From: Vicugna vicugna
Lineage: Eukaryota
Length of the DNA: 64,000 nt
NCBI GenBank assembly: GCA_013265495.1
Contig: MU061578.1
Location: 3,233,308 to 3,297,307, forward strand
Direction: 5' to 3'
The position numbers and the translations under genes were made by a program. Shown one piece after another: positions 26,530-39,065 of this stretch (within the stretch, counting starts at the first letter, position 1; each line of letters starts with the position of its first letter). Below the pieces are notes generated by a model, which was not told where the DNA came from, did not search any database, and was given only the letters and a program-made list of their open reading frames with translations.

Positions 26530-27830
26530 AAAACCTTACTATTATGGAAATTTTCAAGTGTATACAAAAGTAGACAGTAGTGTGATAAACCACTCTGTTC
26601 CCATTGCTCTGCTAAATGATCAGCTCTTGTCCTGTCTCCTCACCAGTATTTTCAGGCCAGTCCCAGACATCGTATCATTTTATTCATAAATATAAATATT
26701 TCAGTACAGTGATTATTTCTTTTCTTTTCTTTTTTTTTTTTAGTAAAATGAAGCTTTTCATAAAACCTTGACCCAAATGCTAGCAACTTCAGGAAAGAAT
26801 TTGGGTGAGGGGAAGAAGAAAGTTATTTCATTTAGGAGGAACAACCACTATCTTCTTCCTAATCTTCACACATAATTTAAACATATACAGCTGCTATAAC
26901 ATTTTACACAGTTCCCATGTACTGGAGCAATAACAAGATCTAAATACAATTATATTTTTAAACACTGGGTCAAGGCTTTACATAAAAATACTATTCTACT
27001 TTCCCTCTAAGTTTCTAAAATATCATGTACTTTCTTCCAGCATCTGCAGCCATTCAGGAATTTTTAGGAAACTTTTGTGCATGATCTTAATTCCTAATCC
27101 CTGGCTCTTTGGGCTCACTGACAAAAGATCAGAACCACCAAAATGATGGTTCACATGGTTCACTTGAAGTCAGGTAAGAGACCCCGGCTCAGTTAGTCTC
27201 ACAGGACAAAAGCAGTGCTGCATCAACTGGCTCCATGTGGGAGGGGCACGTGAAGGATCTCAACAACCAGTCATCTTTATAGTCCAGGTGACAGATGTAC
27301 ATACAGGGCAGAAATCTAATTGGGTCCCCATAAACAAAGTCCATCATACAGATCACACACTCCTGGATCTTTTTTTCTGATCCATCTCTTCCAGGGTCAT
27401 AAACTCCTCTAGGCAGATCCTGTGTAAGTCCTGTTCTTTGAACTGTCCTAATTTGTTCCTCTTCAGTCAGCTGAGTTGCTAGGTGAGTCTGGCTAGGTAT
27501 TGGATGGTAGACTGGAACTGGAACCTGTTCCTGGTATTGCAGTGGTGGCTCGCCAAAACTAGCCTGGTGGGACTGAGTCTCGTGAAGCAGGGAGATGTCA
27601 TCTGACGTGGGGGATTTTAGGCAGTTCCCCATCTTCAGGGGCTGGTGTGTGTGATCTGTGCACGGTCTGACAGTCTTCTCAGTATGTACTTCTAAAAGAT
27701 AAGGATTCTTTAAAAGAAAATCACATACCATTATCACATCTAAAAATAATTAAAATAAGTCCTTAGTGTCATCAGCTGTTTTGTCAGCACCATCCAAAGG
27801 TAATAGATGCTAACATGTTGCTATATTTGC
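26530..27830 (-). mobile_element. L1MC/L1ME-like relic split by the RNF11 retrocopy
   Basis: cccagacatcgtatcatttt…tattttcagta | cagtatgtacttctaaaagataagg…accattatcacatctaaaa reads through once the retrocopy is removed. Confidence 0.65.
26716..27678 (-). pseudogene. RNF11: RNF11 processed pseudogene/retrocopy (ORF 27632..27189, 147 aa; about 445 nt of 3'UTR; poly(A) at 26716-26742)
   Basis: Intronless MGNCLKSPTSDDISLLHE…RGVYDPGRDGSEKKIQECVICMMDFVYGDPIRFLPC…EPVDAALL…ETN. Poly(T) on + strand. TTCT/AAAA L1-endonuclease-type junction at 27690-27697. It splits an old L1 relic. Confidence 0.95.
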
Positions 27831-28539
27831 TGTGGTTCTTTTTTCAGAAATAACTACAGATGTGCTTATAGCCTTGTCCACCCCTTTTCCTTCCTTATCT
27901 CTGTCTCCCTCCCCTGACCCCTAAACTTGTGCTAAGAATCATGGCTCTGTTTATTTAAAATACTCCAGATTTAATTCCAAAGGTGCTAGCAAAGAAACAG
28001 AACATATATACCCTTTCTGCCTCCAATTGTTTATAAACTTCGAAAACGATATGACATTCAGCCGTTTCCAATTAAGTCAAAGTGACTTTGTTTTTATCCT
28101 TCCCTGAAGTCTAAGTAAGGGAAGTTGGAAATGGCGTCTTGAGTGTTGGTACTGCTGGGACACCCTCCACGTGCAGAGGCAGGTGGACCTGTCTGTGTCA
28201 CAGAGCTCTGGACGCCTTGGGCACTGGCTGGTCCTGTCAGGGGCATGAGTGGAGCAACTCAGGGCAGCTCAGAGGGCTGCCGAGAGGCAGCAGGGAAAAC
28301 CTGTTGTATATATACGACATACAACATTAGCTGCTTTATAGATGCTCCTAAGAAGGAAGTGCAGATACTATAAAGTAGGCGAGCTGCAGGCCTCAGTGTG
28401 GGTATTCAGAATGATCTACAGGCAGGCTTCTCTCCCTGTCCCTCCTGCCCACTCACACGTCTGGTGTGAAGTTTATGAATAGCTAAAGGAGCCCCTAGGA
28501 ACATTTTGCTTATTGTCACCAAGGCTGCTGCTGCTTGTC

Positions 28540-29040
28540 CCTGCCCCGCCCCCGTGGAATTCCATAATTTATACATTCTTATGTTGATGGGCATTGGGAT
28601 TGTCGCCATGTTTGGCCATTACACATGAGGCATCTGTGATCCTTCGTGTGCAGGTCTTTGCGTGGACCTCTGCTTTCATTTCTCTTGGGTCAACACCTAG
28701 GAGTGGGCTGACTGGATCTTATGGTAGGTATATGGCTAACCTTCTCAGGAGTTTCCTGTTTTCCAAAATGGGTGTGTAATTTTACAGTCGCAATAGCAGT
28801 GTAGAAGAATAACAGTTCCTCCACGTTCTCCAAACACTTGATGTGTGTGGTGTGGCCAGTCTTTTATATTTCAGCCATTCAAATAGACACATACCTCTTG
28901 GTAGTGTGCATTTACACTTCCCTAACCATTAATGTCAACTTGAAACCTTAATCTATTGAAACTTGCTTTATGGTCCAGAATATGTGTACTCTGTCATGGT
29001 AAATGTTCCACGTGCAGTTGGAAGGAATTGGCTGGAGTGT
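28540..29040 (-). mobile_element. Old LINE-1 relic
   Basis: ctgctttcatttctcttgggtcaacacctaggagtggg…gtactctgtcatggtaaatgttccacgtgcagttgg. Confidence 0.7.
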
Positions 29041-29254
29041 TCTGTAAATGTTAGCTAGGCTGAGGTGCTTGGTAATATCACATGGCTTCTGATAAGACAG
29101 ATTCTTTTGGAATGTAATTCAAGGATGGTAGTAATGACAAGATGCAGAAAGGAGGCTTTTTTTGTTTTGTTTTAGGTTGGATAAAATGTTTTAGTATATA
29201 ATAGTAACATTTTTCTATCAATGCAATCATAAAATTCAATCTTTTAATCTTTTA

Positions 29255-29880
29255 CTTTAGTTGAAGTATAGTTGATTTACAATGTTGTGTTTCAGGTGTA
29301 TAGCAAAGTGATTCACTTATACACATATATATGTATATTCTCTTGTAAATTCTTTCCTGTTATAGGTTATTACAAGATACTGAATCTAGTTCTCAGTGTT
29401 GTACAGTAGGACCTTGTTGTTTATCTGTTTTGTATATAGTAGTTTGTATCTGCTAATCCCAAACTCCTAATTTATCCCTCCCCCCTACCCTTTACCCTTT
29501 GGTAACCATAGTTTGTCTTCTATGTCTGTGAGTTTGTTTTTGTTTTGTAAATAAGTTAATTTGTATCATTTTCTAGATTCCATATATAAGTGATATCATA
29601 TGATGTTTGTCTTTCTCTTTCTAACTTAATTTCACTTAGTATGATAATCTCTAGGTCCATCCACNNNNNNNNNNNNNNNNNNNNNNNNNNNNNNNNNNNN
29701 NNNNNNNNNNNNNNNNNNNNNNNNNNNNNNNNNNNNNNNNNNNNNNNNNNNNNNNNNNNNNNNNNNNNNNNNNNNNNNNNNNNNNNNNNNNNNNNNNNNN
29801 NNNNNNNNNNNNNNNNNNNNNNNNNNNNNNNNNNNTGTGAACACTGGGGTGCATGTATCTTTTCGAATTAGAGCTTTAGG
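29255..29880 (-). mobile_element. LINE-1 3' end (artiodactyl-type) with a gap
   Basis: ttgaagtatagttgatttacaatgttgtg…cagtaggaccttgttgtttatct…gcatgtatcttttcgaattag. Confidence 0.9.
29665..29835. other. Assembly gap inside an L1
   Basis: Direct read. Confidence 1.
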
Positions 29881-32617
29881 CTTTAGAAGGGTCATATCTC
29901 CCTGTGAAATGCTGTGCTTTCTGGGTGATCTCTGTGCTTGGTGCTTCCATAGCTGGAGTTAACTGTGGTTAAAGTTGTTCTGGTTTCTTCTGCAGATTAT
30001 GTCTGCACATCTGTAGCAGAAACAAAATAATTTGCTAGTAAATTTCTCACTTTAGGATAACCACGTGGGAGCCAGGCTGCCCGCCTGCAGCTGGTTGCAG
30101 ACTGGGGTTCTCTCCTGGGGTATTTCTGTGGCTTCCCGTGTCCCCAGATCATCAGCTACATGGATGTTGATTTATTCTCCAAATTATAAAGAAAACATAG
30201 TTAAAGTGGACTTTGAAAAATGCATGCTTTGATTCATCCTTGCTCATTGTAACATGGTTAACTGCCTAATGATTTGTTTAAAAAGCACTGGTTAATGTTT
30301 CTGAATGAACACATTGGTACTTTGTGTTCAATTGGTAGTTTCATTGTTGAAATTCTTAGGACTCTTAAGGACAGACCGACCACTGTGGATATCAGGTCCC
30401 CAGCAAGATGCTCCCTAGACATCGTATGCTTTAGGAATGAAGGTCTTTGTGAGATAAGGAGGGGGGCATCTTGTAAAGAACTCCGACTCAGTTGTTTCAG
30501 AGATTCAGCTGATAAGTGGACTTCTGAGCCCAATGTCTCAGAAACACACCGAGCCCAGGGATGGAGGGACAGGGCTGCCATCTTATTCCCTTTGTGGAGT
30601 GGGAGGGGAGACGCCGCCTCTGGCTTGAGAATCCTGGACAGTTAGGTCAGTCAGCTCGAGCTGGTACTGTCCACCGCATGGCCGCAGGTGGTGCTGGGAG
30701 GGCCAGATGAGGCAGCACCTGAGGGACCAGATGCATCCACAGCCCTGAGGAATGTTGGTGGGTGGGTTTGGCCTCAGCCCAGGCTCTTTCCTGCTGATTC
30801 TCCACCTTTGAAACACCCTGTCTGTGCCCCACCCCCAGGTGTACCCCATTCACACCCTCCCTGTGTGGTCCAAGGTCAGCTCTCTGCCTTGCTACTGCCT
30901 CCTCCTTTGTTCCCTCCCCTCCCCCACCTTGCCTCTCTTTCTTGCTCGTCTTTGCTCTTTTTCTCTCTCATTTTCATTATGGGAAGTTCAGACCTATGCA
31001 AAAGAGAAGAGAATTGTGCGATGCCTCCCTACTACCCGCCCCCCCCCAGCACCTTTTAGCGGTGTCAGCTGGTTACATACATGTCACTATATACGTGCCT
31101 TAGCCCCAGAGTTTTGAAGTATCTCTAAATATATAAGTATATGTCAAAAAAGCAATGCACTTGGAAAAATTACTAAAATATCTCACCTGCAAAAATTAAC
31201 AGCTGTTCCTTCATATCATCAAATATTCAATCAGTGTTCAGTATCCTGGATCAGTCAGTATTCACATTTCTAGTTTTCTTATAAATATGATTTTAAAACA
31301 TTGCAATTTGAATCTGGATCCAAAAAGTCCCCATGTGGTAGTAGGTTCATATGTCTCCTGAGTCTCTAAATAAAGGTTTCCTCTCTCCATCCCTTTTTCC
31401 CCTTGAAGACTGCAGGGCACATATCTGTCTCCTCATGGACTGGGTTTTCTGACCCATCCCTGTGATACTGTTGACCTGCTGCTTTGATCGATGTATTTCC
31501 TGTAAATAGGTAGTTGGTTTGATTTAGGCGGTGTCGCACGCTTCTGTCAGGAGACACACAGTGGTTGTGTATGGCTGTGTCCTCAGGGGCACTGGAGCCC
31601 CATCATGTGATGTGTCATCACCTCCCCAAGGTTGGCAGGCTGTCCTGGCCCCATCGTGCCCTCGCTGGTTAGCCGGGCTCTCTGTCAGAGGTGCTTGCCT
31701 GCACTCATCTACTGTGGCCCTGTCACAGCTGTGGGAGAGGCAGGCTCGCTGCGTGGTCTTCCTCTTAGATATTAGTTTCCCCAGTAATACACTGGCTCCC
31801 AAGCGTCCTGCAGTGACCGGCAGTTACTTTACTGCGCTGCTCTGGGTGGAAGCGTGTTTGATCCGTTCAGTGTCCGCTGCCCTCCTCACTCTCACCAGGG
31901 CTCTAATCAGAGTTCTGTGATGTGACCTAGTAAAGTCTTCAGCAGCACCTTTGTCTCCAGGGGTGTTGAGATATTCTAGGAGACCTGCATGTTTCCAAGC
32001 GTTTCTCCAAGGGTCCTGGTTCCTTTTAATGGGAAATGGAGTGTAAGTACCGCTCCCTGGGTGCCAGAGTGCTGACCGCTCCCTGGACGGGGTTAGGAAT
32101 TCTTTGTTTTGTTTTAATACATCGTGAGTGATACTTCAAATTCAGATTCAGGATTCTAGGGTATTTGCTTGACATCTTCAGTCTTAACATCTTTTTCTTC
32201 TTTTGAGGATCCCAGTTCTCAACAACACTTGGAAAGATGAAATTACAGTATCCTTTACTACTTGGTGTTGCTGCCAAAAAAGGTTAATGATAAGCTAATT
32301 TTCTTTTATAAAGCACTATTTGAAGGATTTTTTTTCTTTTCCTTTAAAGTCTAAAAAATTCATCACAATGAGTCTTGGTTGAGGTCTTTTGGGGCTGGGA
32401 GTTGCTATTCTTAGATATCCAGTATATTCTCTCAATAGGTAAATTTAAAACTTTTTTGTTTAATTTTAGGGAATTTTTCTTAAATATAGCTTTAATATTT
32501 GTTCTTTGTCTTGATTTTTTTCCTTAGGGACTTCTGATATCCATATATTAGATCTTCTTTGCCTTCAATATTTGTCACTTTCTCTTGAATTCTTTTTATC
32601 TTTTTATTAAAACATTT

Positions 32618-32703
32618 TTTTAAATGGAGGTGCTGGGAATTGAACCCAGGACCTCGTGCATACTAAGCACGCCCTCTGCCACTGAGCTATTACCCTCTCC
32701 CCC
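32618..32703 (-). mobile_element. tRNA-Ala-derived SINE (short form)
   Basis: Head plus A tail only; aaacattt on both flanks. Confidence 0.88.
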
Positions 32704-33037
32704 AAACATTTACTTCCCAAACATTTACTTTTTAAGAGTTTTGTTGAAGTATAATATATGTGCCATAAAATTCACTCATCGTAAGTGTACAACTTGGTGA
32801 ATTTTACTCAATTTATAGAGTTGTGGCTATCAACACAACCTAGTTTCACATTTCCACACCCCAAAAAGATTTCTCATGCTGTTTGCATTGAATCCTTGCT
32901 TCTACCCTAGAATCCCGGGCAACCACAGATCTGCTTTTTATCTCTATGGATTTGTCTTTTCTGAAGATTTTCTATAAATGAAAGAATATAGTTTGTAGTC
33001 TTTTGTGTCTGGCTTTTTTATTTAGCAGAATGTTCTT

Positions 33038-33175
33038 TTTTTTTTAACTTTTTATTTTTTGTAAGTAGGGGGAGGTAATTAGGTTTATTTATTTTTTAGA
33101 GGAGGTACTGGGGATTGAACCCAGGACCTTATGCATGATAAGCATGTGCTGTACCACTTCAGCTATACCTCCCCC
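33038..33175 (-). mobile_element. tRNA-Ala-derived SINE inserted in an L1 relic
   Basis: 14-bp TSD agcagaatgttctt (33024-33037 / 33178-33191). Confidence 0.92.
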
Positions 33176-33875
33176 AAAGCAGAATGTTCTTGAGGTTCAT
33201 ACATGTGGTAGTTTGTATCAGCATTTCATTCCTTTTCATGGCTGAATAATAAGTCTTTTGTATGGATGGACCACATTTTGTTTATTCATTCCTCAGTGGA
33301 GGGACATTTGGGTGCTTCTGCTCTTTGGCTGTTATGAGTACTGCCGCGGGCATAAATATTTGCAGACATGCCTTTGTCTGGACAAGTGTTTTTCTTTCTC
33401 TTGCATCGATCCCTAAGAGTGGAGTTTCCATGTCGTATGATCAGCTCTGGTTTTCCAAGTTTGCCAAACTGCTTCCCTTCTTCCTGGCAATGTCTGAGTT
33501 CCCATGTCTCCACTCCCTCGTGGACACTTGTTACTGTCAGTTGTTCTGACTGCAGCCGTTCTCATGAGTGAGATCTCATCATGGGTTTAACTTGCATTTC
33601 TCTGAGGACTCCTGAGCTTGACTGTCTGTTCATGTGCTGCTTAGCCATTTGTATATCTTGTTTGATGATATGTCTGTTTAAGTCTTTTGCCCGTTTAAAA
33701 AAAATGTGTTGTCTCCTTTTGAATTGTACAATTTCTTTATACATGCTGGATACAAGTCCTCTATCAGATACATGGTTTGCAAATATTTTCGTCCAGTCTG
33801 TGTCCTGTCTTAGTTATACTAAATGTCTTTTGAAGAGCAAAAGTGTTAAGTTTTGATGAAATTCAGTTTAATACT

Positions 33876-34127
33876 NNNNNNNNNNNNNNNNNNNNNNNNN
33901 NNNNNNNNNNNNNNNNNNNNNNNNNNNNNNNNNNNNNNNNNNNNNNNNNNNNNNNNNNNNNNNNNNNNNNNNNNNNNNNNNNNNNNNNNNNNNNNNNNNN
34001 NNNNNNNNNNNNNNNNNNNNNNNNNNNNNNNNNNNNNNNNNNNNNNNNNNNNNNNNNNNNNNNNNNNNNNNNNNNNNNNNNNNNNNNNNNNNNNNNNNNN
34101 NNNNNNNNNNNNNNNNNNNNNNNNNNN
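33876..34127. other. Assembly gap at the end of an L1 relic
   Basis: Direct read. Confidence 1.
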
Positions 34128-34559
34128 TTTGTTCTCTGGAACATCAGGTGTGAATTTTCCCACTTACGATTATTTTCGATATCCAGGATCTATTTGCCAA
34201 AGTCATTTTTACTGAGTATTTTGCCCAGCTGGAAGGCCTGTGGGGTTGGGTAGATGGGTCTGTGCTGTGCACAGAGCCTAGAATACCTCAAACTTCAGCA
34301 CAAATAGCAACACGGCTATTGGCTTGAGAGCAGGATTTGATTCCATGATTCATGGTCCCGGTCACTGTTGGCAGCATCTCTCCAGGATGTCACCTGTCCT
34401 CTGGCAGGAGTGGTTGGTGGATTCAGGACGGAGGATCCCACGGCCCTTGGGAGTAGGCTGCTTGTCTGAATGTGGCGAGAAGGTCATGTGCATAACCCCA
34501 CTCCCCATTCCCCTTCTTGTGAAGCCTCAGTAACATCTTCTCTCGCTTGGCAATTGCAG

Positions 34560-34653
34560 GTGACGGACTTAACAAGGTACTTGGATCCCAGTGGACTCGG
34601 TGTGATTAGCTTCGAAGACTTCTACCGGGGGATCACAGCGATCAGGAGCGGAG
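34560..34653 (+). CDS. RAB11FIP3: RAB11FIP3 exon 2 (94 nt; VTDLTRYLDPSGLGVISFEDFYRGITAIRSG; EF-hand-like loop DPSGLGVISFED)
   Basis: ttgcag|GTGACG … GGAG|gtcagt; phase 0 to 1. Confidence 0.96.
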
Positions 34654-34859
34654 GTCAGTCCTCACACCGTGTGCTTTTGTCACCTCCCCCATTCCTCAGC
34701 CCCACCCGTTATTGATTCTGCTCAGACCCCCTTCGCTGAACTTTCCAGCTTCCCTCCCGGAGTCCCTGAAATACCCCAGGTTCAAGATGCTCCCCCATCC
34801 TGTCCTTTTGTCCTCATACACCCTGTCCTCCAGGACTGACTGACTCAACTACTTATTCA

Positions 34860-35720
34860 TAAATCTACTGCTCCTTTCCCTGGAAGTCTTATGAAAACTT
34901 TCAAGCATACAAAAATATTGCAAGGTGGGGAAGGGTATAGCTCAGTGGTAGAGCACCTGCCTAGAATGCACAAGATCCTGGGTTCGTTCCCTAGTACCTC
35001 CATTAAAAAAATAAATAAACCTAATTGCCCCTCCCCTAAAAAAGAAACAAAATCAAATTAAAAAAACCCAAATCCCCCCCCTCCCATATTGCAAGATTTA
35101 CACAGTGAGCCCTTGGATGTGTATTTGCCATCCAGAATGCACAGGCTCCCTTACTGCATTTGTATTTTCTGTCCACCCATCTCTTCCCCCAATCCATCTT
35201 TTTTAACGGATGCATTTTAAGTCAGTATCCTGCTGTACGCTCCACCCTAAACACTTCATCCTGTGTATCAGTCATAACCTAGAGCTCAATATTTGTCTGC
35301 AATCTTTTTTCTGATTAAAAATTTACCTGTAGTCAAAAGTGCAGATCTTTAGTGTGCTGTTCTGTGAATTTTGACATTCTTACGCCTGGTGATGTAAATC
35401 CCTACCCATAGCGTTCCCATCACTGGAGACAGTTCCCTCCCAGCTTTCCAGTAATGCCTTCCTCCTACCGGCACCCCCTGGCTGATCCCTGTCACTGTGG
35501 ATGAGCTCTGCCGCTCGTGGGCTGACATCAGTAAGCTCATCAGCACATGCTCTTGCGTCAGGCTCCCCAGTATGTGATGTGGAGACTGGCTGTGCCGCCG
35601 GTGTGTCGGGAGACTTCGGTGCAGAGCTGTGCTTGCACGTGTGCTGGTACAGCTTGTCTGTCCCCCAGATGACGGGCAGTATACTCCAGGTTGGGCCATG
35701 ATGAGGGAACCTTCTAGTGA
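34860..35720 (-). mobile_element. Old LINE-1 (L1ME/MB-like) relic around a SINE
   Basis: ttatgaaaactttcaagcatacaaaa…aaaatttacctgtagtcaaaagtgcagatc. Confidence 0.55.
34925..35085 (+). mobile_element. tRNA-Ala-derived SINE
   Basis: 10-bp TSD atattgcaag (34915-34924 / 35086-35095). Confidence 0.9.
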
Positions 35721-37926
35721 CATCAGGCTACAGGTCTTTTTCTCGGCTTGGGGGCCCCTGCCTAGGGGTGGGATGGCTGGTCCCGGGGTGGCTGTAAGTG
35801 TAGTTTCCTACAGAGCTGCCAGCTGCTCTTCAAGGTAGTCATGCCATTTTCCACTCTCACCAGATGCCCATTTACTGTCCTTTCAAATAAAATTCTGAAT
35901 AGAGCTTTCCTTCTTGCAGAGGGCAGTGCAGCAGCCGGCAGTGCAGTGGGTGTGGATGGGGCTGAGGGGTCTCGCAGGCCAGCTGTAGGCAGGCCATCCT
36001 CCCAGAGGCCCAGCTGGGGCGAGGCCTGTGTGCTGTGCTGGCGGGGCTGCCGTGGAGGTGCTGACACCTCTGAGGTGAATGGGGCTTGTGGAGGGGCCTG
36101 CAGAGTGGGCGGGGAGGAGACCCTCTAGAGGTGGTGTGGGCAAGGTGTGGGCAAGGCGAGTCCTGAGGGAAAGGATCCTGGAGGATCCTCAACTCCAGGC
36201 CGAGGCTTCCATGCCTCGTGTCTGTCTGCACAACCAGTGGGTTGTGGCCCTGCAGGGATTTTTCAAGGTTAGGTGTGCAGTTAAAACACAGAGTTATTTA
36301 AATCTTCAGCCTTGCACCAAGATTTTTCTCTCAGTTTCATGCAAACTTTTGCTTCTTCTCAACCTCTAGTGCCTTTTGGTGGCTTCCTGAATGCAATGCC
36401 CGGCCCCTACTCCCAACCCCAAAGCAGGCACTCATGCCGGGCCTTCTGGAACGTCTGCCTCTCCTCAGGTCACCTTCTGGGCCAAAGCCTTGGTGCCCAG
36501 GACACAGGGGGTGGCCTTGTCCTCCCATAGCTTTCTTGGTTTACCTTCAGGAAACTCTTGGTATAGGCTTTTTTTCTCTTAGTTTTGACAATCCAGTATG
36601 ATTTCTTCTTGGACTTAACCAATTATTTAAAACTAATCTTAATTTCTAAGTGCATTTTAAAATCTTGCCATTAATTTCAAACCAGTTGTGTATGTGGTAG
36701 ACAATGAGGTATCTGACATGGGTTGGGTTTGTTTTCAGGTCTACCATGTGGCCAGTTTTTACCTGTGTAATGTGTGTGTTTAAAGAACGCTTCCCCCGCG
36801 GGGGTGAGTGGTGTGTATGTGCAGGGCTGGAGGCTCACCGATGGTCTGCTGGATCTCAGTCACGGGATCATGTATGGGGACCACTTAAGGAGATCACATA
36901 CGTGTGGAGATGATATTGGTTCCCAGGAGGGTGGTGGCATCGTCAGTCTTGTCTCAGTTCTATTTCAGCCTCGCTCTCAGGTGACGGAATCAGCCGCAGG
37001 TTGATGGTGACGGAGCCGGGGAGCCCAGGACTGGTGGGTCACTGGAGAAGCCTTTGCAGCTCTGCCTGAGGGTTTGGGGTGGGAAGGTGATGGGTGCGTG
37101 GAGGCCAAGCCCAGGACACCAGAAAAGCGGTCACTCTTGCTGGGGAAAACAATACGTGGACTCAGAGGGAAAATCTGCTTCTGGAACACTGCTTGGCCCA
37201 GTAATGAACAGTATCTTACATGGTGCTAATAATTAAACAAATTGAATATTTATGTAGCTAGAGACTGGAACTAAACTGTTTTGGAAGATTGGGGGAGGGA
37301 TAGCGGGGAGTCCTTGAGTACTATATCAGGAGGTCAGGAGGACATTCTAGAGTTCAGGAGCCCAGGGGAACCATGGAGAATCACAGAGGAACACGAGACA
37401 GGCTAAGCACTGCCGTTGGCTCCCCTTAGCCTGTGGGCGCTGATTCATTGCCCAGCTTCAGGTGAACAGTGTGTGTGTGTTAGGCATCTGGCAGGCTGGG
37501 ACTCCCTGGGTTTGTTGTGACAGCCCGATTCCCTGGGTGACCACGGAGCAGCCTGCTGACCACAGGGCACTGGCCCTGCCTGTTAGCAGGAACCGTCCTG
37601 CATGAATTTACCCACAGGGGATGATAGCATCAGTGGTTCCTGGGCCTAAAATCAAAGGGACTAGGAGGAGTGCAGTGGTCTCCTCACCTTCCAGCCAGGG
37701 TCGAGACTGGGCTTCCTCTGAAGGGTCAGCGTGGGAGCAGCAGTGGCAGCCAGGCCTGTGGGTGTGGGTGTGGACAGGAAGGAGCCCAGGAAAGCAGCCA
37801 GCAAGAGACAGTGCTGGCCATCTGTGTGGCTTTGAGGCCCTCTCTGAGCCTCTCTGAGCGCACATCCACAATTCTGTTGCCGAGCAGTGGCCAGTCTGTT
37901 CCGATAGACCACGGGCAATAAGAAAC

Positions 37927-38040
37927 GGAGCAAACTCAGCTGTAGGAATTCCTGGGGAGCCTGACCTGGGAGGTCCCAACCTTGGAGCAAACTCAGCTGT
38001 AGGAATTCCTGGGGGGCCTGATCTGGGATGTCCCAACCCT
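37927..38040. repeat. 57-bp tandem duplication (2 copies)
   Basis: ggagcaaactcagctgtaggaattcctggg… at 37927 and 37984, few mismatches. Confidence 0.95.
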
Positions 38041-39065
38041 GGGCCATAGGAATCAGGACATGCTCCTGGAAAACTTGTGACCGCGGCAGGCGCAACCCAG
38101 GGCATCGTCACAGAGCTCGCCAACTGCCAGCCCACCAGGCCCTGGGCAAGGGAGCGGAGGCTGACCCCTGTCTCTCATGCAGAATGGGTGCCGGCTGCTG
38201 ATGGTGTGGCCGCCCTGTGGGTTCAAGTGTCTCGAAATTTAGTGTGTGGTAGTTATCAACCTGGTGAGAGAAAATGGTCATGTGAGAGCGACCTGTCCCC
38301 CAGATCCTCACGGTTCCCTTGTGGTCAGCCTTCCACCTGATGCTGAGAAGGGGCCTCCACTCACACTCCCCTCCTCCCTCCTTGCCTAGGCCTGGGCCCT
38401 TCCCATGGCAGCGGGGTGCTCTTTGTCCTCCCCACGGTTGGCAGAGAGGAACCCGAGGTGGGGCCCTGGGGGGCTTTCCCATTGGGACCCGCCCCCTGAC
38501 CCACCTGCCTGCTGCACTTGGCCCTCCCTTTCCCAGACCCAGGCCCTCTCCATCCTGTCCTGCAGCCGCACTTTCTTCAGATTCTGAGCCTCCCATTCAG
38601 GACAACAAGTCCTCCCTCCAGGGCCCCTGCACACTACTGAGTCTCATTATTGCATTCTTTTGGCGCTATTTTCACTTTGATTTAATCAAAAACAAAAACC
38701 TCTCACAGTCCCAGAGTTAGCATGGACACTCCAGGAAGTGGTGCTGTGGTTTTTTTCAGTGGTGAGAACATTCTGGAATAGCGGCATCCCCAAGGGGTGA
38801 GGCTTGGTCTCAACATGATGCCACATTGCACGTGGTGTCCCCCAGCCCCCGTTTAGCTTGTGCAGAACAGACCCCGCTCCTGAAACGAGGTGGCAGGCCC
38901 TGGACACTGGGAGACAGTCTGCCACTGGGGTGTGTGTTTGAGGGGCAGAGAATGTGGGAGTGGGGCCTGGCCTGGCCAGCAGAGGGGGTGGGGTCTTGGG
39001 GGGAACAGGATGAGGGGAGGCTGTTGTGATGAGAACTTGAATCAGGCAGGATGAAAGTGGCTGCA

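Larger units (their letters stand above)
32340..34127 (-). mobile_element. Old LINE-1 relics (L1M ORF1-like and L1MB/MC-like), interrupted by two SINEs and a gap
   Basis: gttttgttgaagtataatatatgtgccataaaattcac…ggacatttgggtgcttct…ctctatcagatacatggtttgcaaatattttc. Confidence 0.8.

Noticed and set aside
27633-27737. 35-aa N-terminal extension of the RNF11 ORF (182-aa call)
   Set aside because: The upstream ATG lies in the flanking L1 relic; the true homology starts at MGNCLKS (27632).
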